The translations under genes and the position numbers were made by a program. The notes beneath the pieces are model-generated. The model ran no database searches and was not told the DNA's origin. It saw nothing but the letters and a program-made list of their open reading frames with translations. From positions 376,205-440,204 of the forward strand of contig CAVSNY010000002.1 of NCBI GenBank assembly GCA_963729605.1: a stretch of 64,000 nt of DNA. The letters are read 5' to 3'. This stretch comes from an uncultured Gammaproteobacteria bacterium (GTDB lineage Bacteria > Pseudomonadota > Gammaproteobacteria > DRLM01). Positions 1 to 10,391 of this stretch are shown one piece after another; position 1 is the first letter of the stretch; every line of letters begins with the position of its first letter.

Positions 1-750
1 GCACAGGCGGTGGCGGCGCTGGCCTACGGCACCGAGAGCGTGCCGCGCGTCGACAAGATCGTCGGCCCCGGCAACATTTATGTCGCCACCGCCAAACGCA
101 TGGTCTACGGCACGGTGGGCATCGACATGATCGCCGGGCCGTCGGAGATCCTCATCGTCTGCGACGGCGAGACCGATCCGGACTGGACGGCGATGGATTT
201 ATTCTCGCAGGCCGAACACGACGAGGACGCGCAATCGATACTGCTGTGTCCGGACGCCGACTACCTCGACGCGGTGCAGGACAGCATCGAAAAATTATTG
301 CCGCAGATGGAACGCGCCGAGATCATCCGCAAATCGCTCTCCGCGCGCGGCGCCTTGATTCAAGTGCGCGATCTCGATGAAGCGGCGGAAGTGGCCAATT
401 TCATCTCGCCGGAACATTTGGAATTGTCGGTGGCCGATCCGCAAACCCTCGTCAAAAGCATCCGTCACGCCGGCGCGATCTTCATGGGCCGCTACACCGC
501 CGAGGCGGTGGGCGATTATTGCGCCGGTCCCAATCACGTGTTGCCGACCTCGCGCACCGCGCGGTTTTCCTCGCCGCTCGGCGTCTACGATTTTCAAAAA
601 CGCTCCAGCCTCATCCTGTGTTCGCCCGAGGGCGCACGCACGCTGGGGGCGACGGCGTCGTTGCTGGCGCGCGGCGAAGGTCTCACCGCCCACGCCCGTT
701 CCGCGGAATACCGGATGGGCGCGCGTGGCGAAGGTCATGAGTTGGAATAG
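1..750 (+). CDS. hisD: Histidinol dehydrogenase (5' truncated by window edge)
   Basis: [28 protein letters not shown] and GPNHVLPT motifs; first gene of the visible his cluster. Confidence 0.97.
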   Translation, partial: AQAVAALAYGTESVPRVDKIVGPGNIYVATAKRMVYGTVGIDMIAGPSEILIVCDGETDPDWTAMDLFSQAEHDEDAQSILLCPDADYLDAVQDSIEKLLPQMERAEIIRKSLSARGALIQVRDLDEAAEVANFISPEHLELSVADPQTLVKSIRHAGAIFMGRYTAEAVGDYCAGPNHVLPTSRTARFSSPLGVYDFQKRSSLILCSPEGARTLGATASLLARGEGLTAHARSAEYRMGARGEGHELE

Positions 751-756
751 GAAGAA

Positions 757-1830
757 ATGAACTCGCGTATTCAACAGTGGGTGCGGCCCGAAATACAGGC
801 CCTCAAGGCCTATCACGTACCCGCGGCTGCGGGCTTCGTCAAACTGGACGCCATGGAAAATCCGTACAGTTGGCCCGCGCCGCTGGTGGACGAATGGCTG
901 GATGCGCTGCGCGCGGTCAGCCTCAATCGTTATCCCGATCCCGGCGCGGCGCGCCTCAAGCAGCGATTGCGCAGCACCTTCGCCGTCCCGGCCGCGAGCG
1001 AGGTATTGCTCGGCAACGGCTCCGACGAATTGATCCAGATGATCTTGATGGCGGTGGCCGGACCGGGCCGCGGCGTACTGGCGCCCGAGCCGGCCTTTTC
1101 CATGTACAAGATCATCAGCGCCGGCCTGGGGCTGAATTATCACGGCGTGCCGCTCAACGGCGATTTCAGCCTGGACGTGCCGGCCATCTTGAGCGCCATC
1201 GCCGAGCGGCGGCCGGCGGTGGTGTTCATCTGTTATCCCAGCAATCCCACCGGCAATCTGTTCGCGCGCGAGGATATTCGCGCCATCATCGAAGCCGCGC
1301 CGGGCGTCGTGGTGGTGGACGAGGCCTACTCGGCGTTTTGCGACGACAGCTTTTTCGATGAATTGTCGCGTTATCCGAATTTGCTGATCCTGCGCACGGT
1401 GTCGAAACTCGGTCTCGCCGGTTTGCGGCTCGGCTTTCTGGTGGGCGGCGCCGACTGGCTGCACGAATTGGACAAGATCCGCCTGCCCTACAACATCGGC
1501 GTGATGACGCAGGTGAGCGCCGAATTCGCGCTCAGCCATTATCCGGTGTTGCTGGATCAAACCGGCCGCATCCGCGCCGAGCGGGCCCACTTGGCGGAGG
1601 CCTTGGCGGCGCTGCCGGGGGTGACGCCTTTCCCGACCGCGGCCAATTTCATTCTATTCCGGGTGGCCGCGGGCCGCGCCGCGGAGATATTCCAGCGGCT
1701 TAAGGACCGCCGCGTGCTGATCAAGAATCTCGATGGCAGCCATCCCGCCCTGCACGATTGTCTGCGGGTGACGGTGGGTACGCCGGAGGAAAACCAGGCC
1801 TTTCTCGCGGCGCTGCGGGCGGCGCTATGA
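757..1830 (+). CDS. hisC: Histidinol-phosphate aminotransferase
   Basis: GNGSDE, PSNPTG, VVDEAY and RTVSK (PLP lysine) motifs; his operon context. Confidence 0.95.
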   Translation: MNSRIQQWVRPEIQALKAYHVPAAAGFVKLDAMENPYSWPAPLVDEWLDALRAVSLNRYPDPGAARLKQRLRSTFAVPAASEVLLGNGSDELIQMILMAVAGPGRGVLAPEPAFSMYKIISAGLGLNYHGVPLNGDFSLDVPAILSAIAERRPAVVFICYPSNPTGNLFAREDIRAIIEAAPGVVVVDEAYSAFCDDSFFDELSRYPNLLILRTVSKLGLAGLRLGFLVGGADWLHELDKIRLPYNIGVMTQVSAEFALSHYPVLLDQTGRIRAERAHLAEALAALPGVTPFPTAANFILFRVAAGRAAEIFQRLKDRRVLIKNLDGSHPALHDCLRVTVGTPEENQAFLAALRAAL

Positions 1831-1887
1831 GGCGGGCGGGGGCGGGAATCATGTACACTCTATGGCCTGACTATCCGGAGACATCGC

Positions 1888-2481
1888 ATGGCTGAGCGCA
1901 AAGCCGGTGTGCAGCGCAATACCTTGGAAACCCGCATCCAGGTCAACGTCAACCTGGACGGCGGCGGCACGGCCAAATTTCAAACCGGCGTGCCCTTTCT
2001 CGATCACATGCTCGACCAGGTGGCGCGCCACGGCATGATCGATATCGAGATCGTCGCCGAAGGCGATTTGCACATCGACGCCCACCACATGGTGGAAGAC
2101 GTCGGCATCACCCTGGGCCAGGCGGTGGCCAAGGCGCTGGGCGACAAAAAAGGTCTGCGCCGTTACGGCCATGCCTATGTGCCGCTCGACGAGGCGCTGT
2201 CGCGGGTGGTGGTGGATTTTTCCGGACGGCCGGGTTTGGAATACGGCGTGGAGTTCACCCGGGCGCGCATCGGCGAATTCGATGTCGATCTGTTCCGCGA
2301 ATTTTTCCAAGGCTTCGTCAATCACGCGATGGTCACGCTGCATGTCGATTGCCTGCGCGGACGCAACAGCCACCACATCGCCGAGACCGTGTTCAAGGCC
2401 TTCGGCCGCGCGTTGCGCATGGCCATCGAACCGGACGCGCGCATGCAGGGCGTGATGCCGTCCACCAAGGGCAGTTTGTAA
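1888..2481 (+). CDS. hisB: Imidazoleglycerol-phosphate dehydratase
   Basis: [21 protein letters not shown] and C-terminal PSTKGSL. Confidence 0.97.
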   Translation: MAERKAGVQRNTLETRIQVNVNLDGGGTAKFQTGVPFLDHMLDQVARHGMIDIEIVAEGDLHIDAHHMVEDVGITLGQAVAKALGDKKGLRRYGHAYVPLDEALSRVVVDFSGRPGLEYGVEFTRARIGEFDVDLFREFFQGFVNHAMVTLHVDCLRGRNSHHIAETVFKAFGRALRMAIEPDARMQGVMPSTKGSL

Positions 2482-2495
2482 GTTTATTTGAAATA

Positions 2496-2580
2496 CCTCG
2501 CGGCTTGCCGCGGGGACTTTGGCGATGGGGTTTCCAATGGGGAGCGGCACAGCGCTCCCCTTGGGTCGCCCGCGGGGATC
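2496..2580. repeat. REP-like GC-rich hairpin cluster in the hisB-hisH spacer
   Basis: CCTCGCGGC-TT-GCCGCGGGG hairpin (2496-2515), GGGGAGCG...CGCTCCCC hairpin, and a partial second CCGCGGGGA copy near 2570-2578. Confidence 0.4.
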
Positions 2581-2661
2581 CATACTCGGCGGGCGGGCTA
2601 ACTTGATTGGACAGCGTACGGCGCGCCGCGGGCGTGCCGGGAATTAGCGGGATCGTAGGTC

Positions 2662-3309
2662 ATGAGTTCCGTTGCGGTAATTGATTATGGGATGGGCAAC
2701 CTCCGTTCGGTGGCGAAAGCCCTCGAACATGTGGGGCGCGGCGCGAGCGTGCGCGTCACTTACGATCCCGGCCTGATCCGCCGCTGTGATCGGGTGGTGT
2801 TCCCCGGCGTGGGCGCGCTGCGCGATTGCGTGGCGGAGTTGCGGCGTCTCGGCCTCGACGAGGTGATACGCGACTGCGCCCGCAACAAACCCTTTCTCGG
2901 AATTTGTCTCGGCATGCAGGGCCTGCTCGATCACAGCGACGAGAACGGCGGCGCCGACGGCCTGGGCATCTTCGCCGGCCAAGTGCGCGGTTTCGCCGAC
3001 ACGCTGCAAGATCCGGTCAGCGGCGCGCGGCTCAAGGTGCCGCACATGGGCTGGAACCAGGTCCATCAGGCGCGTCCCCATCCCTTGTGGGAAGGCATCG
3101 CCCAGGACAGCCGCTTTTATTTCGTGCACAGCTATTACGCGGCGCCGGCCGCTCCCGCCGAGGTGGCGGCCACCACCCGTTACGGTCATGACTTCGCCTC
3201 CGCGGTGGCGCGCGACAATATCTTCGCCGTGCAATTTCACCCGGAAAAAAGCCAGCAGGCGGGGCTGACCCTGCTGGGCAATTTCATGGCGTGGGACGGT
3301 CGGGCATGA
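2662..3309 (+). CDS. hisH: Imidazole glycerol phosphate synthase, glutaminase subunit
   Basis: [33 protein letters not shown]. Confidence 0.97.
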   Translation: MSSVAVIDYGMGNLRSVAKALEHVGRGASVRVTYDPGLIRRCDRVVFPGVGALRDCVAELRRLGLDEVIRDCARNKPFLGICLGMQGLLDHSDENGGADGLGIFAGQVRGFADTLQDPVSGARLKVPHMGWNQVHQARPHPLWEGIAQDSRFYFVHSYYAAPAAPAEVAATTRYGHDFASAVARDNIFAVQFHPEKSQQAGLTLLGNFMAWDGRA

Positions 3310-3364
3310 GCCGCGGTACGAGTCCGCACAGGTTTTTTATGGAGCCTAGCTTGAGGGAAACCTT

Positions 3365-4102
3365 ATGTTGTTGATACCCGCCATCGATCTCAAAGACGGC
3401 AAGTGCGTGCGTCTGCGCCAGGGGCGCATGGAAGACGACACGGTGTTTTCCGACGACCCGCTGGCGGTGGCCGATCGCTGGGTGGCGGCGGGCGCGCGGC
3501 GTCTGCACATCGTCGATTTGAACGGCGCCTTCGCCGGCCGGCCGGTCAACGCCGAGGCGATCCGCCGCATCGCCGCCGCCCATCCCGGCGTGCCCATTCA
3601 AGTGGGCGGCGGGATCCGCGACGACGAGACCATCGAGCTCTATCTCGAGATGGGCGTGAGCTACGTCATCCTCGGCACCAACGCGGTGAACGTCCCCCAT
3701 TTCGTCGGCGACGCCTGCTCGGAATTTCCCGGCCACATCATGGTGGGGCTGGACGCCAAAGACGGCAAAGTGGCCATCGACGGCTGGTCGAAACTCTCCA
3801 ACCACGACGTGATCGACATCGCCCAGCGCTTCGAGCGCGAAGGGGTGGAGGCCATCATCTACACCGACATCAACCGCGACGGCATGATGGGCGGCGTCAA
3901 CGTGGACGCCACGGTCGCGCTGGCGCGCGCCATTCACATCCCGGTGATCGCCTCGGGCGGCGTGAGCAGTTTGCAAGACATCCGCAGCCTGTGCGGCGCG
4001 GCGGGCGAGGGCGTGATGGGCGCCATCGTCGGCCGCGCGTTGTATGAAGGCAATATCGATTTGGCCGAGGCGCAAAAGCTCGCGGACGAACTCGGACAGT
4101 AA
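3365..4102 (+). CDS. hisA: ProFAR isomerase
   Basis: [33 protein letters not shown]. Confidence 0.97.
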   Translation: MLLIPAIDLKDGKCVRLRQGRMEDDTVFSDDPLAVADRWVAAGARRLHIVDLNGAFAGRPVNAEAIRRIAAAHPGVPIQVGGGIRDDETIELYLEMGVSYVILGTNAVNVPHFVGDACSEFPGHIMVGLDAKDGKVAIDGWSKLSNHDVIDIAQRFEREGVEAIIYTDINRDGMMGGVNVDATVALARAIHIPVIASGGVSSLQDIRSLCGAAGEGVMGAIVGRALYEGNIDLAEAQKLADELGQ

Positions 4103-4103
4103 T

Positions 4104-4901
4104 ATGGGCCTCGCCAAACGCATCATTCCCTGCCTGGACGTCGACAAGGGCCGCGTCGTCAAAGGTGTGAAATTCGTCGGCATCCGCGACGCCGGCGATC
4201 CGGTGGAAATCGCCAAGCGTTACGACGAGCAGGGCGCCGACGAACTGGTGTTTCTCGACATCACCGCCAGCCACGAGGGCCGCGACACCATGGCGCAAGT
4301 GGTGGCCGAGGTCGCCGGCCAGGTGTTCATCCCGCTCACCGTGGGCGGCGGCATCCGCACCACCCAGGATATCCGCCGCATGCTCAACGCCGGCGCCGAC
4401 AAGATCGCCGTCAATACCGCGGCGGTCAACCGGCCCGAGTTCGTGCGCGAGGCGGCGGAGCGTTTCGGCGCGCAATGCATCGTGGTGGCGGTCGACGCCA
4501 AGCGGGTGAGCGGCGAAGGCGATACGCCGCGCTGGGAGGTGTTCACTCACGGCGGCCGTAAATCCACCGGCCTGGACGTGGTGGCCTGGGTGAAGCGGAT
4601 GGTGGACTACGGCGCCGGCGAGATTTTATTGACCAGCATGGACCGCGACGGCACCCGCGACGGTTTCGATCTGGCCCTCACCCGCGCCGTGAGCGAGGCG
4701 GTGAACGTGCCGGTGATCGCCTCCGGCGGGGTGGGCAATCTCGACCATCTGGTGTCCGGCATAAAAGAGGGCGGCGCCGACGCGGTGCTGGCCGCCAGTA
4801 TTTTTCACTTCGGCGAATACACCGTGGAAGAGGCCAAGCGCCACTTGGCGGCCCACGGCGTCGAGGTGCGTCTGCCCCCCGGCGAGCGTGCACGGCGATG
4901 A
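4104..4901 (+). CDS. hisF: Imidazole glycerol phosphate synthase, cyclase subunit
   Basis: ATG at 4104 ([13 protein letters not shown]); [26 protein letters not shown]. Confidence 0.97.
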   Translation: MGLAKRIIPCLDVDKGRVVKGVKFVGIRDAGDPVEIAKRYDEQGADELVFLDITASHEGRDTMAQVVAEVAGQVFIPLTVGGGIRTTQDIRRMLNAGADKIAVNTAAVNRPEFVREAAERFGAQCIVVAVDAKRVSGEGDTPRWEVFTHGGRKSTGLDVVAWVKRMVDYGAGEILLTSMDRDGTRDGFDLALTRAVSEAVNVPVIASGGVGNLDHLVSGIKEGGADAVLAASIFHFGEYTVEEAKRHLAAHGVEVRLPPGERARR

Positions 4902-5302
4902 GCGCGGCGTGGCTGGATGACATCAAATGGAACGCGGACGGCCTGGTGCCGGCGGTGGCGCAGGAGGCGGGCAGCGGCCGGGTGTTGATGGTGGCGTGGA
5001 TGAATCGCGATGCCCTCGCGGAAACCGCGGCCAGCGGCCGCGCCGTCTATTGGTCGCGTTCGCGTAATAAATTATGGCGCAAGGGCGAGGAGTCGGGCCA
5101 TGTGCAGACCGTGCGGGAGATCCGTCTCGATTGCGACGCCGACGTGGTGTTGCTCACGGTCGAACAGGCCGGCGGCATCGCCTGCCACACTGGCCGCCAC
5201 AGTTGTTTCTTCCGGCGCTTGGATAAGGACCAATGGGTGACGATGGATCCGGTGTTGCAAGACCCGGCGCGGATTTATCGAGGCGGCGCGGGCCATGAAT
5301 GA
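4898..5302 (+). CDS. hisI: Phosphoribosyl-AMP cyclohydrolase
   Basis: [29 protein letters not shown]. Confidence 0.96.
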   Translation: MSAAWLDDIKWNADGLVPAVAQEAGSGRVLMVAWMNRDALAETAASGRAVYWSRSRNKLWRKGEESGHVQTVREIRLDCDADVVLLTVEQAGGIACHTGRHSCFFRRLDKDQWVTMDPVLQDPARIYRGGAGHE

Positions 5303-5624
5303 CGAGGTGCTGAGTCGGCTGGCGGCGGTGCTGGAGGCGCGCAAGGGCGCCGACCCGGCCGGCTCCTATGTGGCCGGGCTGTACGCCAAGGGATTGGACG
5401 CGATCTTGAAGAAGATCGGCGAGGAGGCCACCGAAACCGTGCTGGCCGCCAAGGATGGCGCGGCCGACCGGATCGTGTATGAAATCGCCGATCTGTGGTT
5501 TCACAGCCTGGTGTTGCTGGCCCAGCAGGGTTTGCATCCCGACGCGGTGCTGGCGGAGCTGGAGCGGCGTTTCGGTCTGTCCGGCGTGGCGGAAAAGGCG
5601 GGGCGGGATAGCGGTAAATCGTAA
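5295..5624 (+). CDS. hisE: Phosphoribosyl-ATP pyrophosphohydrolase
   Basis: [29 protein letters not shown]. Confidence 0.96.
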   Translation: MNDEVLSRLAAVLEARKGADPAGSYVAGLYAKGLDAILKKIGEEATETVLAAKDGAADRIVYEIADLWFHSLVLLAQQGLHPDAVLAELERRFGLSGVAEKAGRDSGKS

Positions 5625-5729
5625 GCGCCTCATTCCCGGCGGGCGAGGCGGGGAGGTGCGGATTCGTTTGGTATGGCGTAGGATGGGGCGCATTACGCCT
5701 CCGCGGCGCAAGGTCAATGGAGAAATGAA

Positions 5730-5969
5730 ATGGGTATCAGTATCTGGCAGTTGTTGATCATTTTGTTGATCGTCCTGTTATTGTTCGGCGCCAAGCGGCT
5801 GCGCACCATCGGCACCGATCTGGGCGGCGCGGTGAAGGGTTTCCGTGACTCCATGAGCGACGCCGGCAAGGAAGGCGAAGACAAGGAGAAGGAACGCATC
5901 GAGGGAACGGCCGCGCGCAATACCATCGATGGCGAATCGGTCAAGGACACCAGCAAAGACAAGGTGTAA
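5730..5969 (+). CDS. tatA: Tat translocase subunit TatA
   Basis: [21 protein letters not shown]...DLGGAVKGF. Confidence 0.95.
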   Translation: MGISIWQLLIILLIVLLLFGAKRLRTIGTDLGGAVKGFRDSMSDAGKEGEDKEKERIEGTAARNTIDGESVKDTSKDKV

Positions 5970-5978
5970 TGCCGAGCC

Positions 5979-6335
5979 ATGTTCGACATCGGCTTTTCGG
6001 AAATCGTCTTGATCGCGGTGGTCGCGTTGCTGGTGGTCGGGCCGCGGGAATTTCCCGGCATGGTGAAGCAGGTGGGGGGTTGGCTGGGCAATATCCGCCA
6101 ATTCGCCAACTCGGTGAAGACCGAGTTCGACAAAGAAATACATAAGGCGGAAGAGCTCAAGCAGTTGATGGCGCGTGAGGCGGAGATCGCCGCGACGCCG
6201 CAGCACACCGACCCGCGACGCTTTCCGGCCAGTCCCGCGCCGGTCCCCGCCCAAGACGCTGCCGAGGTGAACGCAGCGAGCCCGCCCGCCGCGACTCCAA
6301 ATGACAAGCCAGGCCATGGGACGCCGCAACCCTAA
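5979..6335 (+). CDS. tatB: Tat translocase subunit TatB
   Basis: MFDIGFSE...VVGP N-terminus and Pro/Ala-rich tail. Confidence 0.94.
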   Translation: MFDIGFSEIVLIAVVALLVVGPREFPGMVKQVGGWLGNIRQFANSVKTEFDKEIHKAEELKQLMAREAEIAATPQHTDPRRFPASPAPVPAQDAAEVNAASPPAATPNDKPGHGTPQP

Positions 6336-7122
6336 ACCGCAATACACCCCCCAGCAAGAGCAGCCGTTCATGACGCACCTCATCGAGTTGCGTAACCGGT
6401 TGTTGCGAATTTTGCTGTGTGTGGTGCTGATATTCCTGGTGCTGTTTCCGTTCACGGCCGAGCTCTATGCCATGCTCGCCCACCCGCTGCTGGAACGCTT
6501 GCCGGCGGGCGCCACCATGATCGCCACCCAGGTCGCGTCGCCCTTCATTACGCCTTTTAAATTCGTGTTCGTCCTGGCGGTGGCCTTGTCCATGCCGTAT
6601 GTGCTGCATCAATTCTGGCACTTCGTCGCGCCGGGTTTGTATCGCCGCGAACGGCGCATCGCCCTGCCCTTGTTGTTTTCCAGCATCGTGCTGTTCTACG
6701 CGGGTGTCGCCTTTGCATTTTACGTGGTGTTCCCGCTGACTTTCGGATTTCTGATCAACGCCGCGCCGGCCGGGGTGGCGGTGATGACCGACATCAGCAG
6801 TTATCTCGATTTCACCCTGACGCTTTTCTTCGCCTTCGGCCTGGCCTTCGAGGTGCCGGTGGCCACCATTATTTTGGTGTGGGCGGGTATTACCACCCCC
6901 GAGCGACTGGCGGCAAAACGTTCTTATGTCATCGTCGGGGCCTTCGTGATCGGCGCGATCCTGACGCCGCCGGACATATTGTCGCAGACCTTGCTGGCGA
7001 TACCGATGTGGCTGCTGTTCGAACTCGGTCTATTCCTGTCGCGGGCCATGATCCGCAGGCAGGCGGAAGAAGATGAGGCCGCCCGGACCGATTCCGCCTC
7101 CCTCGATAAGGACGGCGGATAA
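6301..7122 (+). CDS. tatC: Tat translocase subunit TatC (start may be 6316)
   Basis: HLIELRNRL, FVAPGLY, AFEVP, TPPD; multiple transmembrane segments. Confidence 0.96.
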   Translation: MTSQAMGRRNPKPQYTPQQEQPFMTHLIELRNRLLRILLCVVLIFLVLFPFTAELYAMLAHPLLERLPAGATMIATQVASPFITPFKFVFVLAVALSMPYVLHQFWHFVAPGLYRRERRIALPLLFSSIVLFYAGVAFAFYVVFPLTFGFLINAAPAGVAVMTDISSYLDFTLTLFFAFGLAFEVPVATIILVWAGITTPERLAAKRSYVIVGAFVIGAILTPPDILSQTLLAIPMWLLFELGLFLSRAMIRRQAEEDEAARTDSASLDKDGG

Positions 7123-7132
7123 GCCGTGTCGT

Positions 7133-8305
7133 TCAGCGGGCGCGCGGCTGGGGCCGTTCGCCGATGGTGATCTTGGCGTTTTTCAGCGCGCCATTTCGTT
7201 TGATTTGCAGCTCGATTATTTCGCCGGGGGCGAAGGCGGAGATGATGTCCATCGCCGCCTTGGCGTCGTCGACGGGGCGGCCGTTGATCCGCAACACGAT
7301 GTCGCCGGGCATGAGCCCGGCCTGGTCGGCGGCGCTGCGCGGATAAACGCCCGCCACCAAGGCGCCGCGGGTGTCGTTCAGGCCGAAGGACTCGGCCAGA
7401 GCGGGACTGATGTCTTGGGCCTCGATGCCCAGCCAGCCGCGGATCACCCGTCCCTGTTGGAGGATCTGCTCCATCACGTTCTTGGCCAGTTGGGCGGGGA
7501 TGGCGAAGCCGATGCCCTGCGAGCCGCCGGTGCGCGAAAAAATCGCGGTGTTGATGCCCACCAGTTGACCGTAGGTGTTGACCAGCGCGCCACCGGAGTT
7601 GCCGGGGTTGATGGCGGCGTCGGTTTGAATGAAGTTTTCAAAGGTGCTGATGCCGAGCTGCTGGCGGCCGGTGGCGCTGATGATGCCCTGGGTCACCGTT
7701 TGCCCGACCCCGAAGGGATTGCCGATGGCGAGCACCACGTCCCCCACGCTGAGCGAATCGGATTGGCCGAACACGATGGCCGGCAGTTCTTGCAAATCGA
7801 TTTTCAATAAGGCCAGGTCGGTTTCCGGGTCGCTGCCCACCACGCGGGCGGTGGCGCTGCGGCCGTCGTTGAGCGCCACTTGGATTTCATCGGCGCCCTC
7901 GATGACGTGATTGTTGGTGAGCAGATAGCCTTCCGGGCTGATGATGACGCCGGAACCCAGGCTGGTTTCGTTGCGTTGGCGGGGCAGGTTGGGATCGCCG
8001 CCGAAGAAGCGGCGGAAATTGGGGTCGTCGAACAAGGGATGGCGCTGTTGCGTGATGGTTTTGCTGGTGTAGATGTTGACCACGGCGGGGGTGGCGACGC
8101 GGACGGCCTTGGCGTATGACGCCGGCGCGCCGCCGGCCGCGGCGTCTTGCTGGCTGTCGCTGACGACGGCGGGCGCCTCCATGATTCTGACCGCCGGGTG
8201 TCGTTCCAGGGCTTGCGGGCGGAACAGCAAAATCATCACGAACGCGACGGCCAAGCCCGAGATGGTCGCCTCGAGCAGGAAAATAAAAATCTTGCGGGTG
8301 TTCAT
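7133..8305 (-). CDS. degS: HtrA-family serine protease with one PDZ domain (DegS-like)
   Basis: N-terminal membrane anchor, TNNHV, DLALLK, QTDAAINPGNSGG, single PDZ domain; usual position next to tatC and nif3. Confidence 0.88.
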   Translation of the reverse strand: MNTRKIFIFLLEATISGLAVAFVMILLFRPQALERHPAVRIMEAPAVVSDSQQDAAAGGAPASYAKAVRVATPAVVNIYTSKTITQQRHPLFDDPNFRRFFGGDPNLPRQRNETSLGSGVIISPEGYLLTNNHVIEGADEIQVALNDGRSATARVVGSDPETDLALLKIDLQELPAIVFGQSDSLSVGDVVLAIGNPFGVGQTVTQGIISATGRQQLGISTFENFIQTDAAINPGNSGGALVNTYGQLVGINTAIFSRTGGSQGIGFAIPAQLAKNVMEQILQQGRVIRGWLGIEAQDISPALAESFGLNDTRGALVAGVYPRSAADQAGLMPGDIVLRINGRPVDDAKAAMDIISAFAPGEIIELQIKRNGALKNAKITIGERPQPRAR

Positions 8306-8417
8306 GGACGCGCTACTCTAATCCGTTCGCGGGTGGATGGCCGAGGATGAAAGATACGGCATTTGCGCTCCGACGAACAGTTTAAGATGACAAAACGTCC
8401 GGGAAGGAAATGACGAC

Positions 8418-9170
8418 ATGGTGCGGCGCGATGAATTGCTGGCGTATCTCGATGTGTTGCTGGAACGGGAGCGTTTCCGCGATTACGCGCCTAACGGTTT
8501 GCAGGTGGAGGGCGCGGAGAGTATTACCAAACTGGTGAGCGGAGTCACCGCCAGCCGTGCCTTGGTGGAGGCGGCGGTGGCGGCGGGCGCCGATGCGCTG
8601 CTGGTGCATCACGGCTATTTTTGGCAAGGCGAGGACCCGCGGGTGGTGGGCATGAAAAAGGCGCGTTTGGCGCCGTTGCTGGCGCATGACGTCAATCTGT
8701 TCGCCTATCATTTGCCTCTCGACGCCCATGACATATACGGCAATAACGCCCAACTCGCCGCTCGGCTGGGGATCACCGTGAGCGGGCGCTTCGGGCCGGA
8801 GTCGGCCCTGGCGATGTACGGCGAGTTGAACGTGCCGCTGTCGATGGACGCGTTCGCGCGGCATATCGAAAGGACGCTGGCGCGTGCGCCAACCTGCGTG
8901 AGCGGCGGTGAACATGTCATACGCCGCGTGGGCTGGTGTACCGGCGCGGCGCAAAAATACCTCGAGGCCGCCGCGGCCCTGGGTCTGGATGCCTACATCA
9001 GCGGTGAAATCTCCGAACATACCGTGCATGCGGCGCGCGAATTGGGCATCCATTTTTTCGCGGCGGGTCACCACGCCACGGAACGCTACGGCGTGGCGGC
9101 CTTGGGTGAGCATGTGGCGCGACGTTACGGAATAGAGCATGTGTTTATCGATCTGGACAATCCCGCGTGA
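8418..9170 (+). CDS. Nif3-like dinuclear metal-centre protein (YbgI/DUF34 family)
   Basis: DYAPNGLQVEG, VHHG, YHLPLDAH, GHHATE. Confidence 0.93.
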   Translation: MVRRDELLAYLDVLLERERFRDYAPNGLQVEGAESITKLVSGVTASRALVEAAVAAGADALLVHHGYFWQGEDPRVVGMKKARLAPLLAHDVNLFAYHLPLDAHDIYGNNAQLAARLGITVSGRFGPESALAMYGELNVPLSMDAFARHIERTLARAPTCVSGGEHVIRRVGWCTGAAQKYLEAAAALGLDAYISGEISEHTVHAARELGIHFFAAGHHATERYGVAALGEHVARRYGIEHVFIDLDNPA

Positions 9171-9258
9171 AATGAACGCGCGTTGCGTCTTCACGAGCGT
9201 GGATTGGCGGGCTTGTAAATGGACAATTTAATTGATTCGATTTGTCTTTTTTCGAGCG

Positions 9259-9288
9259 TTGACACGCTCCGCGCAATTGGTCTAGGAT
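9259..9288 (+). promoter_or_regulatory. Putative sigma70 promoter for the ACIII-like operon
   Basis: TTGACA (9259-9264), 18 bp spacer, TAGGAT (9283-9288). Confidence 0.5.
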
Positions 9289-9658
9289 TCGGGACCCGGC
9301 GTAATTGAAGATGCAACGATAATTAGCGGAATATTTCTAGGGTTTCCGCGAGATAACGACAAGACTCTTGGGGAAATTTGGCGGTTGTTGGAGTGCCAGA
9401 TATAACGAGTTTGTTTTACAGGGTAAGGGGGATGTTCGGATGTGCTGTTTATCCCGCCGTGTTTTCTCGTCGCTTGAAAGTGGATTAGATCCCCTCTGAT
9501 GGGTATCGAAGGAGCGGCTAAAAAGACGGAATCCCAAGTAACGATTTATTATCTCGTGCATGCGGGCCTGACGGTTTGCTGCTCGTTGTTGGTGCGTGCG
9601 TAATCAATCAGAGGCCGCCGCGAACATGGAACTAGGTGAAAGCCGATTTGGGGGGAAG

Positions 9659-10306
9659 ATGTCAGTCAATGATCGTGGCTTCATGAGCCTGATAAGCAAG
9701 GCGGAAGAGTTGGACAGGGGGCGCAAGAGGACGTGGTTGTGGGCGTCTTTTTTGCCGTTGGTGGTGTTTGTGTTCATGATGTCTTCAGTCGAGGCTTATG
9801 CGGAGGGCACGGTGCCCAATGCGGTTGCGCCTAAAGGGACTCATGAAGGCGAAAATGTGCCGCAGCCTATAGATTTCCCTCACGATGTTCATGCCAAGAT
9901 CAACGAAATTAATTGCATGTATTGTCATACCTACGCGCGCCGCAGCGCGGTGGCGGGTATTCCCCCCACCAGCAAATGCATGGGTTGTCATAGCGTCATC
10001 GCTACCGACAAACCCCGTATCCAACAACTGACTGAATACTGGGAAAAGCGTGAGCCGCCGCCGTGGAGAAAAGTCCACGACGTGCCGGATTACGTGCATT
10101 TCACCCATGAAAAACATTTGAAGCGTTTTGTGTTCGATAATCCGGAGTTGCCTGTTGAGCGGGTTTCGGAAGTGTGTGCGTTTTGTCATGGTGATGTTAA
10201 AAACATGACGGTCGCGCACAAGGTAAAACCGCTGAATATGGGTTTTTGTGTGCGGTGTCATGAAGCAAACAAGGGTCCCTCGGACTGCTGGAAGTGCCAT
10301 AAATAA
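9659..10306 (+). CDS. actA: Membrane-anchored pentaheme cytochrome c (ActA/QrcA-like); start uncertain between 9596 and 9683
   Basis: Five CxxCH motifs (CMYCH, CMGCH, CAFCH, CVRCH, CWKCH); PQPIDFPH and PDYVHFTH; N-terminal hydrophobic helix. Confidence 0.85.
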   Translation: MSVNDRGFMSLISKAEELDRGRKRTWLWASFLPLVVFVFMMSSVEAYAEGTVPNAVAPKGTHEGENVPQPIDFPHDVHAKINEINCMYCHTYARRSAVAGIPPTSKCMGCHSVIATDKPRIQQLTEYWEKREPPPWRKVHDVPDYVHFTHEKHLKRFVFDNPELPVERVSEVCAFCHGDVKNMTVAHKVKPLNMGFCVRCHEANKGPSDCWKCHK

Positions 10307-10391
10307 CCAACGGCGCGAGGAGTCGGTGCTCCCCCTAGGGTGGCGTGGCTGTGGGCGCGCCTGATGAAACACTGAAACGGATGGCTTGCTT

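Noticed and set aside
3309-3345. Possible terminator between hisH and hisA (T7 tract)
   Set aside because: Only a weak stem precedes the T run, and it lies mid-operon
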